59,269 nucleotides of DNA from Planctomycetota bacterium (GCA_050248855.1 JBFWRP010000028.1:1-59269); one strand, 5' to 3'. Shown: positions 47,001 through 58,916, numbered from the stretch's first letter. The notes: a model not told the origin generated them from the letters alone. Program-made: numbers and translations.

Positions 47001-47359
47001 ACGCCTCTCGGCGCTTCGACCGGCTCGTGCCGGGACCTTCTCGCCGACTCCCCGACCACGGCCCTCCCGGCGTGGGTTGGGCCGTGGCGGGCGCGTGGGT
47101 ACGATCCCGGGCTCGACAGGGCCGGCGGGCTCCGTCGGCGAGGGTGACCTCGCCGCCCGGGGCCGTGTGCCGTGACCGCAGCGCGTGAGGTGCCGGGCAT
47201 GCCTGGGGCCGCTCACCACGAGCGACCCGGGCGACCGCACCGAGCCCGGGCGGTGGGCGCGCCCGTCGAGACCGCGCGGTCGGTCCGCGTGCCGTGACGG
47301 GCACGAGGACACCCGCGTACCTGGACAGCAATCGATTCCCGTCAACCGAAGGGTCACGT

Positions 47360-49810
47360 TTGGCCAAGCGCTTCTACCAGATCGCGTTCGAGCTCGGCCT
47401 CCGGCCGCGTGCGTTCATCCGTGCGTTGTCCGAGCTCGGCCTCTCCGTCGGCAACCAAATGGTCGTCGTGCCGGGGAGCCTCGAGGAGCGCATCCGCGAG
47501 CTCCATGAGCGGATGGTCGCCCCGCCCGCACCCGCCGCGCCCGAGGCGATCGAGCCCGTGGAGGCGACGCCCACCGAGGCCGACGCACGCCACGAGCCCG
47601 AGGCTCCCGCCTACGAAGAGGACGAGCCGGAGGCCCCGGAGGCCGTCGAGTCCGACGACGTGGAGGCCGGGGATGACGAGGAGTCGCGCGGTCGCATGGT
47701 GAACGACGTCCGTTCGCCGCGCCGCGGCGAGCTCATGCCCACGCTCGACCCGCGTGCCGGTCGTCTGGTGAAGGACGCTCCGGCGGGTGGCATGCCGGCG
47801 GACCGCGCACGCACGCGTCCCGGGGCCCCCGCAGGCCGTGGTGCGCCGGGAGCGGGTGGACCGCAGCTGCCCGGTTACCAGCGCGCGCCGGGCGCGCGGC
47901 GCGAGGGCGGCCGTCGCCAGGTCGACGAGTCGTTCCGCGGCAAGCGCGGCAAGGAGACGTTCGACTTCGGGCGTCGTCGTACGAAGCGCTCGCGCGTGGC
48001 GGCGCCGAAGGTGCGCCCCACCTCGATTGCCGTCGAGCTGCCGATGACCGTGAAGAGCTTCGGCGAGGCCAGCGGCTACAAGGCCGCCGAGATCATCAAG
48101 GTCCTGTTCCGCAACCACGGCCTGATGCTGACGCCCAACAGCATGCTCGACCAGGACACCTGCGAGCTGCTGGCCCTCGAGCTGGAGATCGAGATCCAGT
48201 TCAAGGAGCGTCGCACCGCCGAGACGGACCTCCTGCAGCGCATCGCGGACACGGAGCAGGCCCAGGTCGAGGAGCACTTCGAGCCCCGCCCGCCCGTGGT
48301 CACCATCCTGGGCCACGTCGACCACGGCAAGACGACGCTGCTGGACTACATCCGCCAGTCCGACACCGCGGCCCGCGAGGCCGGCGGCATCACCCAGCAC
48401 ATCGGCGCGAGCCAGGTCAAGCTCGCCGACGGTCGTCGCGTCACGTTCATCGACACCCCCGGCCACGAGGCGTTCACCGAGATGCGCGCCCGCGGGGCCC
48501 AGGTCACGGACGTCGTCGTGCTCGTGGTGGCGGCCGACGACGGCGTCATGCCCCAGACGGTCGAGGCGATCAGCCACGCCAAGGCGGCTGGCGTCACGAT
48601 CGTGGTGGCCGCCACCAAAATCGACCGCCACGGCGCCAACATCGAGCGCGTCAAGCAGCAGCTCACCGAGCACGGCATCTACGTCGAAGGCTACGGCGGC
48701 GATGTCGCGATCTTCGGGGTCAGCGGCATCACCGGCCAGGGTGTGCCGGAGCTGCTCGAGCACCTCGCCCTGCTGGCCGACGTCGACGTCGAGAAGTTCC
48801 GCGCCAACCCCGACCGCACCGCGGTCGGCACGGTCATCGAGGCGCAGAACAACCCGCAGCGCGGCATCCTCGCGACCGTGCTCGTGCAGACGGGCACGCT
48901 CCACAAGGGCGACTCGGTGGTCGTGGGCGACGCCTGGGGCACCGTGCGCGCGCTGTACGACGACAAGGGCCGCCAGATCAAGTCCGCGGGCCCGGGTGAC
49001 CCCGTGGAGATCACGGGCCTCGACAAGGCACCCGAGGCCGGCAAGCGACTCTACGCCACGGACGACGCGGCCCAGGCCAAGGAGATCGCCCAGGGTCGCC
49101 GCACGCGCGAGCGTGCCGCCGAGATGGCCCGCCGGGCCAAGCCGGCCACGCTCGAGGGGCTCTTCGGTGCCATCGAGAAGGAGCGCGCCGAAGCCGTGAA
49201 CCTCGTGGTGAAGGCCGACGTGATGGGCTCGCTCGCCCCGCTCAAGACCATCTTGGAGCGCCTGGGCAACGAGGAGGTTCGCGTCAACATCGTGCACAGC
49301 GCCGTCGGCGCGGTGAACGACTCCGACGTGGTGCTCGCGCACGCCTCGGGTGCCACGGTGATCGCCTTCCACGTCAACGTCGACGCCAAGGCGCGCCAGC
49401 GCGCCAAGCGGGACCACGTCGAGATCCGCCAGTACAAGGTGATCTACGACATCGAGAAGGACGTCCGCGACATGCTCGAGGGCCTGCTTGCTCCCGAGAT
49501 GGAGGAGGTCGTCCTGGGCCACGCCGAGATCCTGGCGATCTTCACCTTCAGCCGCATCGGCAACATCGCCGGTTGCCGCGTGCGCGACGGGGTCATCAAG
49601 CGCGATGCCAGCGTCCGCGTCTTCCGCGGCGGGGAGCTCCTCCACGAAGGCCAGCTCTCCACGCTGCGCCGCGAGAAGGAGGACGTGCGCGAGGTGAAGG
49701 AAGGCTTCGAGTGCGGCATCACGGTCCGCGACTTCGACGGCTTCGAGGTGGGCGACACGATCGAGGCCTACACGATCGAGGCGAAGAAGCGGACGCTGGC
49801 CGCCTCCTGA
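47360..49810 (+). CDS. infB: Translation initiation factor IF-2
   Basis: [39 protein letters not shown] start inferred. Confidence 0.96.
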   Translation: MAKRFYQIAFELGLRPRAFIRALSELGLSVGNQMVVVPGSLEERIRELHERMVAPPAPAAPEAIEPVEATPTEADARHEPEAPAYEEDEPEAPEAVESDDVEAGDDEESRGRMVNDVRSPRRGELMPTLDPRAGRLVKDAPAGGMPADRARTRPGAPAGRGAPGAGGPQLPGYQRAPGARREGGRRQVDESFRGKRGKETFDFGRRRTKRSRVAAPKVRPTSIAVELPMTVKSFGEASGYKAAEIIKVLFRNHGLMLTPNSMLDQDTCELLALELEIEIQFKERRTAETDLLQRIADTEQAQVEEHFEPRPPVVTILGHVDHGKTTLLDYIRQSDTAAREAGGITQHIGASQVKLADGRRVTFIDTPGHEAFTEMRARGAQVTDVVVLVVAADDGVMPQTVEAISHAKAAGVTIVVAATKIDRHGANIERVKQQLTEHGIYVEGYGGDVAIFGVSGITGQGVPELLEHLALLADVDVEKFRANPDRTAVGTVIEAQNNPQRGILATVLVQTGTLHKGDSVVVGDAWGTVRALYDDKGRQIKSAGPGDPVEITGLDKAPEAGKRLYATDDAAQAKEIAQGRRTRERAAEMARRAKPATLEGLFGAIEKERAEAVNLVVKADVMGSLAPLKTILERLGNEEVRVNIVHSAVGAVNDSDVVLAHASGATVIAFHVNVDAKARQRAKRDHVEIRQYKVIYDIEKDVRDMLEGLLAPEMEEVVLGHAEILAIFTFSRIGNIAGCRVRDGVIKRDASVRVFRGGELLHEGQLSTLRREKEDVREVKEGFECGITVRDFDGFEVGDTIEAYTIEAKKRTLAAS

Positions 49811-49838
49811 TCGGGGCGACCGCGCAGGAACCCACCTG

Positions 49839-50246
49839 ATGGCCCGACCGCGTCGTGTCCAGCGCCTCCAGCAGCTGATCCTCGAGGTCGCCGCCGAGAC
49901 CCTGCTCAAGGAGATCCGTGACCCGCGCATCGGCGTGGTCTCGATCACCCGCGTCAAGCTGACGCCCGACCTGACCCAGGCCACGCTCTACTGGAGCGCG
50001 CTGGCCGAGGGCGCCGAGCTGCGCACCACGGAGCGCGGCCTCGAGCACGCGCTGCCGCTCGTCCAGCGCCGGGTCGCCGGCGCGCTGCGCACGCGCATCG
50101 CCCCCCGGCTCGCTTTCCGCCACGACTCCACGCTGGAGCAGGCCCAGCGCCTGGAGGGCATCTTCCAGCGCATCCGCGCCGAGAGCGACCCGTCCGTGCT
50201 CCCGCCCGACGAGACGCGCCTGCCCGACTCCGACGACGAGGAATAG
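49839..50246 (+). CDS. rbfA: Ribosome-binding factor A
   Basis: DPR, ITRVKLTPDL..A, R..P.L.F..D; follows infB. Confidence 0.93.
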   Translation: MARPRRVQRLQQLILEVAAETLLKEIRDPRIGVVSITRVKLTPDLTQATLYWSALAEGAELRTTERGLEHALPLVQRRVAGALRTRIAPRLAFRHDSTLEQAQRLEGIFQRIRAESDPSVLPPDETRLPDSDDEE

Positions 50247-50320
50247 GGACGACGAGGAGCAGGTCCGGCGACGGGGAACAGGCTGGACCGCTTCCCCGTC
50301 CTTGCGGCGGGCGCCTCCGC

Positions 50321-50349
50321 TTGGAGGCTGCGGCTCCCCGCCGCATACT
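50321..50349 (+). promoter_or_regulatory. Putative promoter of tRNA-His
   Basis: TTGGAG-17bp-CATACT, ending 15 bp before the tRNA. Confidence 0.45.
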
Positions 50350-50363
50350 CCCTACCCCCACGC

Positions 50364-50441
50364 GGTGACCATAGCTCAGCTGGTTAGAGCGCCGGATTGT
50401 GGCTCCGGAGGTCGCGGGTTCAAATCCCGTTGGTCACCCCA
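50364..50441 (+). tRNA. tRNA-His(GTG)
   Basis: Cloverleaf: GTGACCA acceptor, CCGGA-TTGTGGC-TCCGG anticodon arm, GGTTCAAATCC T-arm, encoded G-1:C73 and CCA. Confidence 0.97.
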
Positions 50442-50482
50442 CTTCTTCCGTGGGGCCGGTGACGCCAAGGAAGTGGGCGCGA

Positions 50483-51013
50483 CTACTCGCGCTCTTCGAA
50501 GATCACTTGGCCTGCGGCATCGTTCCAGCGGGCCATGGCCGCGAGCGTGGGCTCGCGGAGGATCTCGTCCAGGATGCGCACGCGGCTGACGCCGCCGTAG
50601 GACCTGGCCCGGTCCACTTCGAAGGCACAGAGGCCTTCGTCGAGCAGCGGCGGCGAGCGCATCACGCAGGAGGGGTCGTCCACGTGCGGGACGCCGCGCG
50701 CATGGCCGAGCTCGTGCTCGATGATCCGCTGGAGCGCGGACGTCGGGACGGCCGGGTCGATGCGGATCTCGGTGTCCTTGCCGCAGTCCCAGCTGGTCTT
50801 GCCCGCGTTGCCCGGCTCCAGCACTTCCTGCCAGATCGTGACCGACCGCGACGGGTCGCACGAGCCGAGGTTGCCGAGTCCGCAACCGGGGACCAGCAGC
50901 GCGACGCCCAGCCCGACGAGGTAGGCACCCACAGCCACGAGGAGACGCTCGAGGTGGCGACCGGGCGCACGAGGCTGCCGCGGGCGGGGCGGGGACGTGG
51001 GGGGTCGTGTCAC
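50483..51013 (-). CDS. Small matrixin-like (metzincin) lipoprotein
   Basis: LVPG-C lipobox, HELGHARGVPH followed by Met-turn CVM. Start uncertain. Confidence 0.7.
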   Translation of the reverse strand: MTRPPTSPPRPRQPRAPGRHLERLLVAVGAYLVGLGVALLVPGCGLGNLGSCDPSRSVTIWQEVLEPGNAGKTSWDCGKDTEIRIDPAVPTSALQRIIEHELGHARGVPHVDDPSCVMRSPPLLDEGLCAFEVDRARSYGGVSRVRILDEILREPTLAAMARWNDAAGQVIFEERE

Positions 51014-51157
51014 CGCGACAGGATACGTGCAGGACGCACGCCGCGGACACGGCCCCTTCCGGAACGAGGGCGGGCCCGGTCGATACCTACCGGGCCCGTG
51101 CAGGGCGAGCAGGAGAGCGCGACCGCGAGACAACCTCGGGGTCGCGGACCGACTGGA

Positions 51158-51877
51158 TCAGCGGCCGCGGCCGCCGCGGCGGCCCTGCCGACCGTGGCGA
51201 CGATGTCGCTCGCCGTGCGCGGCCCGGGCGGCCGCGCGCTCGGCCTCGTCCAGCTGACCGTCGCCGTTGGTGTCGAAGCGCTCGAGGACCTTCGCCCGGA
51301 ACGCCTCGCGTGCAGCGTCGCGCTCGGCCTGGTCGATCGTGCCATCGCCGTTCGTGTCCAGCTTGCGGCGCATCCGGTCACGCATATGGCCGAAGGCCGC
51401 GCGGCGCTCGCCGCGCTCGAGGCGGCCGCTGCCGTCTTGGTCGAAGCGGGTCAGTGCTTCGGCCTTCACGGCCTCGCACTCGGCGGCTTCGAGACGGCCG
51501 CTCTTGTCGGCGTCGAAGCGTTCGAGCAGGAGCTGGTGGCCGATGGCGCGCATGGCACGGCCGCGCCGACCCCGATGACCGCGGTGACCACGACGGCCAC
51601 CTTCGGCTTGGCGCGCCTCGCGGGCGGCCGCGCGCTCGGCGTCATCGATCTGGCCGTCGCCGTTCGTGTCGAAGCGCTCGAGCATCTTGGCGCGGAAGGC
51701 CGCGCGCGCGGCCTCGCGCTCGGCCTCGTCGATCTGGCCGTCGCCGTTCGTATCGAAGCGCGCGCGGAAGCCCCGCCGTGCGCCCTCGCCGTCGTCGGCG
51801 TGGGCGAGAGGCCCCGCAAGGGACAGCGCCACCAAGGCGCCAAGGGGAAGGGTGGAGAGCAACAGGGAGCGTCGCAT
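51158..51877 (-). CDS. Secreted multi-EF-hand Ca-binding protein
   Basis: Signal peptide (AHA); six D-x-N/D-G/K-D/S-G loops (FDTNGDGQID.AER type). Confidence 0.85.
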   Translation of the reverse strand: MRRSLLLSTLPLGALVALSLAGPLAHADDGEGARRGFRARFDTNGDGQIDEAEREAARAAFRAKMLERFDTNGDGQIDDAERAAAREARQAEGGRRGHRGHRGRRGRAMRAIGHQLLLERFDADKSGRLEAAECEAVKAEALTRFDQDGSGRLERGERRAAFGHMRDRMRRKLDTNGDGTIDQAERDAAREAFRAKVLERFDTNGDGQLDEAERAAARAAHGERHRRHGRQGRRGGRGR

Positions 51878-51999
51878 GGGAGGAGTCCTTCGAGGGAGGG
51901 AGGCTGGTGTCGGCCGCCAGGCCGCGCCACCGGCGAGTCGCCGCTCTCGGCGACCGGGAGCGTGAAACCCCCCCGGGAGCCTCCGGTCGCGCCGCGCGC

Positions 52000-52872
52000 C
52001 TACTCGTCGGCGAGGTCGCTGCGCACGTCGACGACGATCCCCTTGACCACGACGACGTGCACGGGCGGCGTGAGCGTCCACTCGGGTCGCTCGGGCGCAT
52101 CGATCTCGTGCACGCCAAAGCCCTCGGGCTTGCGATGGACGGAGGCCTGTTCGCCCGGCTCCTCGAGATACCTCATGCGGATGAGCACGAGATCGCCGGG
52201 GGACGGCTCGGACGTCCGCTGCCACGCGAGCTTCTCGAGGTGGTCCGCGCAGAGCGAGCAGTCCTTCTGCCAGATGACGATGTCGACGTTCTCCAAGGCG
52301 GCCAGCTCACCGAGCGCGTCGGCGATGGGCAGCTCCGCCAGCCGCTTGCCGGGCCACTGGTCGACCTGCAAGTCGATCCACGGCGGCCCCGATCCCGAGC
52401 CGCCGACGGTTGCCCCTGCGCGCTCGAACGACCAGAACCACGGCACCAGGGCGGCGAGGACGGCGGCGCCCAGCGCGACGCGTGCCCGCCCCCCGCTCTC
52501 CCGCGGGAGACGCCACGGCCGTGCGGCCACGAGCAGCCCCACCAGCACGAGGTCCATGCCCAGCATCAGCGATGGGCTCATGGTGGCGCTTCCCCAACAC
52601 CCGCAGGACGCACGGTCCAGCTGCGGGACGAGCAGGGCTGCGAAGGCCACGAGCAGGGCCAGGAGAAGGGGCCATGCTCGACGGGGCAGGAGCAACACCA
52701 GCACGCCGAGGAACAGCTCGGCCGAGATCGCCGCTTGGAACGTGAGGACGTCGTCCAGCGGCAGGTTGCGGACCAGCTCGGGCAAGTCGCGGGGCGATCC
52801 CGTCACGAGCTTGAGCACGGCGCCGCAGAGCACCCAGAGGGCAGCGAGGCGGGGCATGAGGGCGGCGGCCAT
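52000..52872 (-). CDS. MauE/DoxX-like membrane protein with C-terminal thioredoxin-like CxxC domain
   Basis: TM segments, SCGCWG, CSLC, TPPV. Confidence 0.7.
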   Translation of the reverse strand: MAAALMPRLAALWVLCGAVLKLVTGSPRDLPELVRNLPLDDVLTFQAAISAELFLGVLVLLLPRRAWPLLLALLVAFAALLVPQLDRASCGCWGSATMSPSLMLGMDLVLVGLLVAARPWRLPRESGGRARVALGAAVLAALVPWFWSFERAGATVGGSGSGPPWIDLQVDQWPGKRLAELPIADALGELAALENVDIVIWQKDCSLCADHLEKLAWQRTSEPSPGDLVLIRMRYLEEPGEQASVHRKPEGFGVHEIDAPERPEWTLTPPVHVVVVKGIVVDVRSDLADE

Positions 52873-52970
52873 CGGCGCATTGCACCCGGAGGTACGGGGG
52901 CGATCCACCCTCGGCCCATACGTGGAGGGCGGGAGGGCCCCCCCGGCCCCCACGATGGCATCATGGCGGC

Positions 52971-54365
52971 ATGCGTCCGCACGCCTTCCGCCCCAGCCTC
53001 GCCACGGGCCTCGTGATCACGGCCCTGCTCGCGGCCCTGCCGGCGACCGCGTTCGCCCATCCCCACCTGCGCCCGCCGCCCGTGCAGGTGTTCGTCACGG
53101 TCGAAGACCAGGACGTGCGCGTCACGGTGCAGGTCGAGGATCCGCTGCTGAGGACCCAGGCGACGTGGGACCTGACGGCGGAGACGCCGCCCACCGAGGT
53201 GGCCGACGCCTACGTCGACAAGCACCTGAAGGTGTTCCTGGACGGGGAAGAGACGCCGCTGGACGTGGACAAGGTGCTGCGCCTGTTCAGCCCGGACATG
53301 ACCAACGCCGACGGCACGCCTCGGGAGCCCAACTACGCCGTGCGCACCGTGCACAAGGTGGACGTTCCGCCCCACAGCATCTCGGTGCGCTGGGAGGACT
53401 TCACGGGCGTGCTCTGGGAGACGGAACGGGTCGTGCCCGTGACGGTCTCGCAGGACTACGCGATGCTCTCGGGCAACATGACGCCCGACGACCCGGCGTG
53501 GATCTGGCACACCGATCCGACCAAGCGGATGAACGAGCTCGCGAAGGTCGAAGACGTGTCGTGGACGGCGCCGCTCGTGGAGTCGCGCTGGCCGCTCCTC
53601 GCGGCGATCTTGGGCGCGCTGGGCGTGCTGTCGCTGCTGGGCGCGTTCAAGGCCCCCAAGCCCCTGCTGCCCATCGGCGTGGCCTGCCTCGCGCTGGCCG
53701 GAACGGCCTTCGCGGCGGGCATCGGCGAGTCGGTCAGCTCGCGCCCGGCCACGGTCGCCGAAGCCCTGCCCAGTGACGAGGGCGCCAAGGTCATCTTCGA
53801 CCGGCTCTTGCGCAACGTGTACGCCACCTTCGAGGTCCGTCGGCGGGCCGCGGTCGACGCCAACCAGCAGGGCGAAGCCGCGGGGGAAGACGCGTGGACG
53901 CGCGGCGGCCTGCGCCGCGAGGACGAAGACGCCATCTTCGACCTCCTGTCCAAGACGGCCACGTCGTCGCTCCTGGCCACGATCTACCAACACGTGTTCA
54001 AGAGCCTCGTGCTCGAGGACAGCGGGGGCGCGGTCAGCGTGCTGGAGGATCTCTCCATCGACGACGCGGCGGCGGTCGTGACCTTCCCGCCGGGCGCGGA
54101 GCGACCTCGCTTCCGCATCGAGGCCACGTGGTCGCTCACGTCCGCCGTCCACCACTGGGGCCACACGCACCGCCGCAAGAACCTCGTGGCCGCGACCTTC
54201 GAGGTCGTGGAGCAGGGCGGGCTCTGGAAGTTCGACGCGTTCTCCGTGCAGCGTCACGAGCGGGAGTCGCTGGACCCCCCGGCGGCGGCGGTGGACGGCA
54301 CGCAGGAGCCGGCCGCCCTGCCGACGCCGGACGGCGCGAGCACCGGCGACGAGCCGGCTCGCTAG
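52971..54365 (+). CDS. Exported/membrane hypothetical protein, first gene of the ABC cluster
   Basis: Signal peptide followed by HPH, two central TM segments, C-terminal HHWGHTHRR. Confidence 0.7.
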   Translation: MRPHAFRPSLATGLVITALLAALPATAFAHPHLRPPPVQVFVTVEDQDVRVTVQVEDPLLRTQATWDLTAETPPTEVADAYVDKHLKVFLDGEETPLDVDKVLRLFSPDMTNADGTPREPNYAVRTVHKVDVPPHSISVRWEDFTGVLWETERVVPVTVSQDYAMLSGNMTPDDPAWIWHTDPTKRMNELAKVEDVSWTAPLVESRWPLLAAILGALGVLSLLGAFKAPKPLLPIGVACLALAGTAFAAGIGESVSSRPATVAEALPSDEGAKVIFDRLLRNVYATFEVRRRAAVDANQQGEAAGEDAWTRGGLRREDEDAIFDLLSKTATSSLLATIYQHVFKSLVLEDSGGAVSVLEDLSIDDAAAVVTFPPGAERPRFRIEATWSLTSAVHHWGHTHRRKNLVAATFEVVEQGGLWKFDAFSVQRHERESLDPPAAAVDGTQEPAALPTPDGASTGDEPAR

Positions 54366-54396
54366 GCCGGGATCGCGTGCGCGAGCGGGAGCCAAG

Positions 54397-55097
<701 letters not shown>

Positions 55098-55101
<4 letters not shown>

Positions 55102-56270
55102 GGGGCCTCGTACGCCTCGCCGGACGCTGGCTCGCGTTCCATCGCGGGCGCACGCTGCTGCTCGTCGGCTGCCTGGCCCTGGCGTTCCTCTTGCCGATCA
55201 CGGTGAGCCGCCTCATGGCGGCCCAGGGCGACCGCATGCGTGCGCGGGCGGTGGCCACGCCGTACGTGGTGGGCGCGCCCGGGAGCCGCTACGACCTCGT
55301 CGTCTCGAGCCTCTGGTTCCGTGGCCGCACGCCGGGCAACACGTCGATGCGCGAGATCGAGCGCATCGAAGGGGATGGACGCGGCGTGGCCGTGCCGCTG
55401 CAGGTCCGGCACACGGCTGGCGGCATGCCGCTCGTCGGCACCAGCTACGAGTACTTCGAGCGGCGCGGCCTGCGTCCCGCCCGGGGCCGCCTGCCAGCCA
55501 TCCTCGGCGAAGCCGTCCTCGGCGCGCGAGCCGCGGAGCAGGGCGAGGTGGACGTGGACGGCCATGTCCTCACGGACGCCGACTCGCTCCTGGGGATGGG
55601 CCTGGAGTACCCCGTGCGCCTGCGCGTCGTGGGTGTTCTCGCTCCGAGTGGCTCCGCCGACGACGACGCCGTGTTCACCGACCTCCAGACGACGTGGCTC
55701 GTCGAGGGCCTCCTCCACGGCCACGGCGACGCGTCCACGGAGGAGCCCGCACGCATCCTGGGCCATGACGAGGAAGGCGCGCCGCGCCTGGACAGCGGCG
55801 TCGTCAAGTGGACGGAGGTCACGCCGGACAACCTGGACTCGTTCCACCTCCACGGCGAGCTCGCGGACATGCCGCTGACGGGCATCCTCGTCTGGCCGGT
55901 CGACGATCGCGGGCGGACCGTGTTGCTGGGCCGCTACGGCGTGGCCAAGGACGCGCAGATGCTCCAGCCGACCGAGGTCGTGGACGAGCTGCTCGGTTTC
56001 GTCGCCTCGCTCAAGCGCTTCTTCGACGCGCAGACCTGGCTCGTGGGGATCGCGACGGGCCTCCTGCTCCTGCTGGTCGTGGCCCTCACCATCCGCACGC
56101 GCGAGCGCGAGCTGCTGACGCTGCGACGAATCGGGGTGTCACGGGCCCGCGTGGCGACGCTGCTCGGGATCGAGGTGGGCGCCGTCTTGGTCGCCGCGGC
56201 CGCGCTGGCCTCGGTGGCAGGGTGGGCCTTGGCCCGCGTCCTGGCCCGTTCCCTGGGTCTGCCGTCTTGA
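55098..56270 (+). CDS. MacB/FtsX-type ABC permease
   Basis: N-terminal TM, large periplasmic domain (VVGAPGS, VVGVL..SG..DD.A.F), R.RE...LR.IG FtsX motif. Confidence 0.85.
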
Positions 56271-56287
56271 AGCTCCGGGAGGAACCC

Positions 56288-57226
56288 ATGCCCCGACCCT
56301 TGCGAGTCCTGCTCCTCGCCGCCCTGGTGCTGGGGGGCTGCGGAGACCCCCCCGCGCCGGGCGGCACGGCTCCGCGCTCGGGCCCCCCCACGGTCGCCGT
56401 CACGTTCGAGCTGCTACGCGTCGTGGCGAGTCGCCTGGGCGGCGACGACGTGCGCGTCGTCGCGCCGCTCCCGGCCGACGAGGACCCCGCATGGTGGCGA
56501 CCCACCGGCGAGGCCATCTCGGTCCTGCAACAGGCGGACTCCGTGCTGGCCAACGGTGCGCGCTTCGAGCGATGGCTCGACAAGGTGAACCTGCCGCGCG
56601 GTCGCCTGGTCAAGACCACGGCCCTGATCGACGAACCCCTGCGCAAGATCCAGGACGCGACCGTGCACAGCCACGGCCCCGGCGGGGCCCACAGCCACGA
56701 GGGTCTGGACGGCCACACCTTCGTGGATCCGACCCTGCTGCGCCGGCAGGTCGAGGCGGTTCGTCGAACCCTCGGCGCCCTGGCACCCGCGGCCGCGGCG
56801 CGCATCGACGAGCGCGCGAAGGTCCTCGACGACGAGCTGGCCAGCACGGCGACGAGGCTCGCTGCCCTGCGCAAGCCGCACGACGGTGAGGTGATCGTGG
56901 CAGCGCACCCCGTCTACGGCTATCTCGCCCGGCGGCTCGGGTGGACCACGATCGACCTGGACTGGGTAGAGGAGCGAACGCCGGACGCCGCGGCCCTGGC
57001 CGAGCTGCAACAGCAGCTGGACGGGCGCACGGCCCGCGTGCTGCTTTGGCCTTGGACGCCCGCGCGGGAGACCGTGCAGGCGGTCGAGGCGGCGACAGGC
57101 CTCGCCAGCGTCGTGCTGCCCATCGGGGACGTCCTCCTTCCCGAAGACCGTGCCGCCGGCCGCGACGTGCTGGCCGCCTTCCGCGCGGGCGTCGATCGTC
57201 TGGCCGCCGCACTCGGCACGGAATGA
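56288..57226 (+). CDS. ZnuA/TroA-family metal-binding lipoprotein
   Basis: LGG-C lipobox, Q.AD..LANGA.FE, His-rich HSHGPGGAHSH, GHTFVDP, HPVYGYLA. Confidence 0.85.
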   Translation: MPRPLRVLLLAALVLGGCGDPPAPGGTAPRSGPPTVAVTFELLRVVASRLGGDDVRVVAPLPADEDPAWWRPTGEAISVLQQADSVLANGARFERWLDKVNLPRGRLVKTTALIDEPLRKIQDATVHSHGPGGAHSHEGLDGHTFVDPTLLRRQVEAVRRTLGALAPAAAARIDERAKVLDDELASTATRLAALRKPHDGEVIVAAHPVYGYLARRLGWTTIDLDWVEERTPDAAALAELQQQLDGRTARVLLWPWTPARETVQAVEAATGLASVVLPIGDVLLPEDRAAGRDVLAAFRAGVDRLAAALGTE

Positions 57227-57271
57227 GGAAGCGGGTCGACGCCGCGCGCGGCGCCGACCCCGGGGTGATCC

Positions 57272-58057
57272 CTACAGGACCGTGCGCGTGACCACGGCCC
57301 GACGGCGCGGCGTACGCACCTTCACGCGAGCTCGGGCAGCCGGACGGGTCACGTCCTTCCCGATCAGCATCTCGGGGATGCGCGCCGACGCACCGCGGTA
57401 GAAGCCCACGGTGCCTTCGTACCGCTCGGGGTTGCGGAACGTCCCGAAGACCATGTCCAACAGCGGCAGGTCGCTGTAGTTCCAACGGTGTACGCCGTGG
57501 TGGACCTGGTGGCTCTCCGGGCGCTGGATGATGTAGCCCAGCCAGCGCGGCGTGCGGATGTTGGCGTGCTGGAAGACCGCATTGAAGGCGACGAAGGCGC
57601 CGGCGAGGGCACCGGCTTCCGCCGTGAGGCCCAGCAGGGGGAAGAACACGAGGCTCGCGATCGTGACGAACGCGGCAGCGTCCAGCGGATGGATGTAGTT
57701 GGCGCCGAAAGCGTCGTTGCCCTCCGCGCTGTGGTGCATCTGGTGGATGCGCCACAGGTGATCGGAGCGGTGCACGAGGCGGTGGTAGCCGTAGTGGAAC
57801 AGCTCGTAGACGAGGATGCCCACCGCGGCGCCCGCCCAGGTGCCGAGCACGCTGCCGTCGAGCAGCGCCACACCCGCGAAGCGCTCGCCCCAGAACACGG
57901 CAACGGCCGTGGCCCAGAAGAACGTGAACACGGTCACGAGGAGCGCCCGCACGCGCCACCAGCGCGTGGTGGCGAAGCGACGCCCGCGAACCGCGAGGTC
58001 GAGGAGGAGGAAGGCGGGCAGGCTCCAGAAGGCCACCCCGTTGGCAAGGTCGATCAT
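57272..58057 (-). CDS. Sterol desaturase / fatty acid hydroxylase family protein
   Basis: His boxes YHRLVH, HQMHH, HP, FQHAN, HQVHH; NY...LLD.VFGTF. Confidence 0.88.
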   Translation of the reverse strand: MIDLANGVAFWSLPAFLLLDLAVRGRRFATTRWWRVRALLVTVFTFFWATAVAVFWGERFAGVALLDGSVLGTWAGAAVGILVYELFHYGYHRLVHRSDHLWRIHQMHHSAEGNDAFGANYIHPLDAAAFVTIASLVFFPLLGLTAEAGALAGAFVAFNAVFQHANIRTPRWLGYIIQRPESHQVHHGVHRWNYSDLPLLDMVFGTFRNPERYEGTVGFYRGASARIPEMLIGKDVTRPAARARVKVRTPRRRAVVTRTVL

Positions 58058-58301
58058 CGTCGGGTCTCCGAAGGCCGGGTCCGTCCGGCGGCCGGCGCGG
58101 GTCGCGCACGGAAGAGAGACGCGAATCGCGCTTCGGAGCGCACGAACTCGGGGTCCCGCGGGAGTGGACCCGAGGTCAAGCGGACCCGGACCTCGGGTCA
58201 CGCCGTGCGGCGCCGAGGCCGGATCCTCGGGCCTCGGGCGGCGTGAAGGGCCACGTACGGGCCGCTTCCTGCGTGGGGGACGCTGGTCCCGGGCCGAGCG
58301 C

Positions 58302-58916
58302 TCAGGCGGGCAAGCGCGAGGCCAGCAGCTGCTCGGCGACGAGCTTGGCCGACTTGGCGACGGAGTCGTCGCCGGTCACCAGCCGGTACGTGACGGCCCC
58401 CTCGAGCAGCAGGACCCAGGACGTCGCGAGCGAGGCCGGGTCGTCGACGCCTGCCGCCTCGGCCATGAGCCGGATCTGTTCTTCCATTGCGGCGAAGTGC
58501 TGCGCGGCCGCTTTGTGCACGGGATCCTGCCGCGAGGGGAACTCGGCGCTGGCCGCGATGAACAGGCATCCCCGGTAGCGCGAGTCGTTGAACCAGTCAT
58601 CCATCACGTCGAAGATCGCCAGCAGCAAGGCGCGCGGGTCGTAGCCGGCCCGCGCACGTACGGCGCGCTCGAACGACTCCCGTTCCCAGACATCGCGCAA
58701 CCGGACGCACTCGAGGACCAGGTCCTCGCGGCTGGGGAAGTGGTTGTAGAAGGTCGTCTTGGTGACCCCCACCGCGGCCAGGATGCGATCGAGGCCGACG
58801 GCATGGAAGCCGTGGGCGTAGAACAGGTCGAGCGCGACATGCAGGATGCGTTCGCGCGTGTCGCGTGGCTCGGCGCCACGACCGAACAGCTCGACAGCAG
58901 TCGGTACCTTGCCCAT
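58302..58916 (-). CDS. TetR/AcrR family regulator
   Basis: RERIL..A..LF...GF..VGLD.I...GVTK.TFYNHF.S.EDL; GCLF. Confidence 0.93.
   Translation of the reverse strand: MGKVPTAVELFGRGAEPRDTRERILHVALDLFYAHGFHAVGLDRILAAVGVTKTTFYNHFPSREDLVLECVRLRDVWERESFERAVRARAGYDPRALLLAIFDVMDDWFNDSRYRGCLFIAASAEFPSRQDPVHKAAAQHFAAMEEQIRLMAEAAGVDDPASLATSWVLLLEGAVTYRLVTGDDSVAKSAKLVAEQLLASRLPA

Noticed and set aside
47001..47359. ylxR/L7Ae gene between nusA and infB
   Set aside because: No ORF with the expected motifs on the plus strand.
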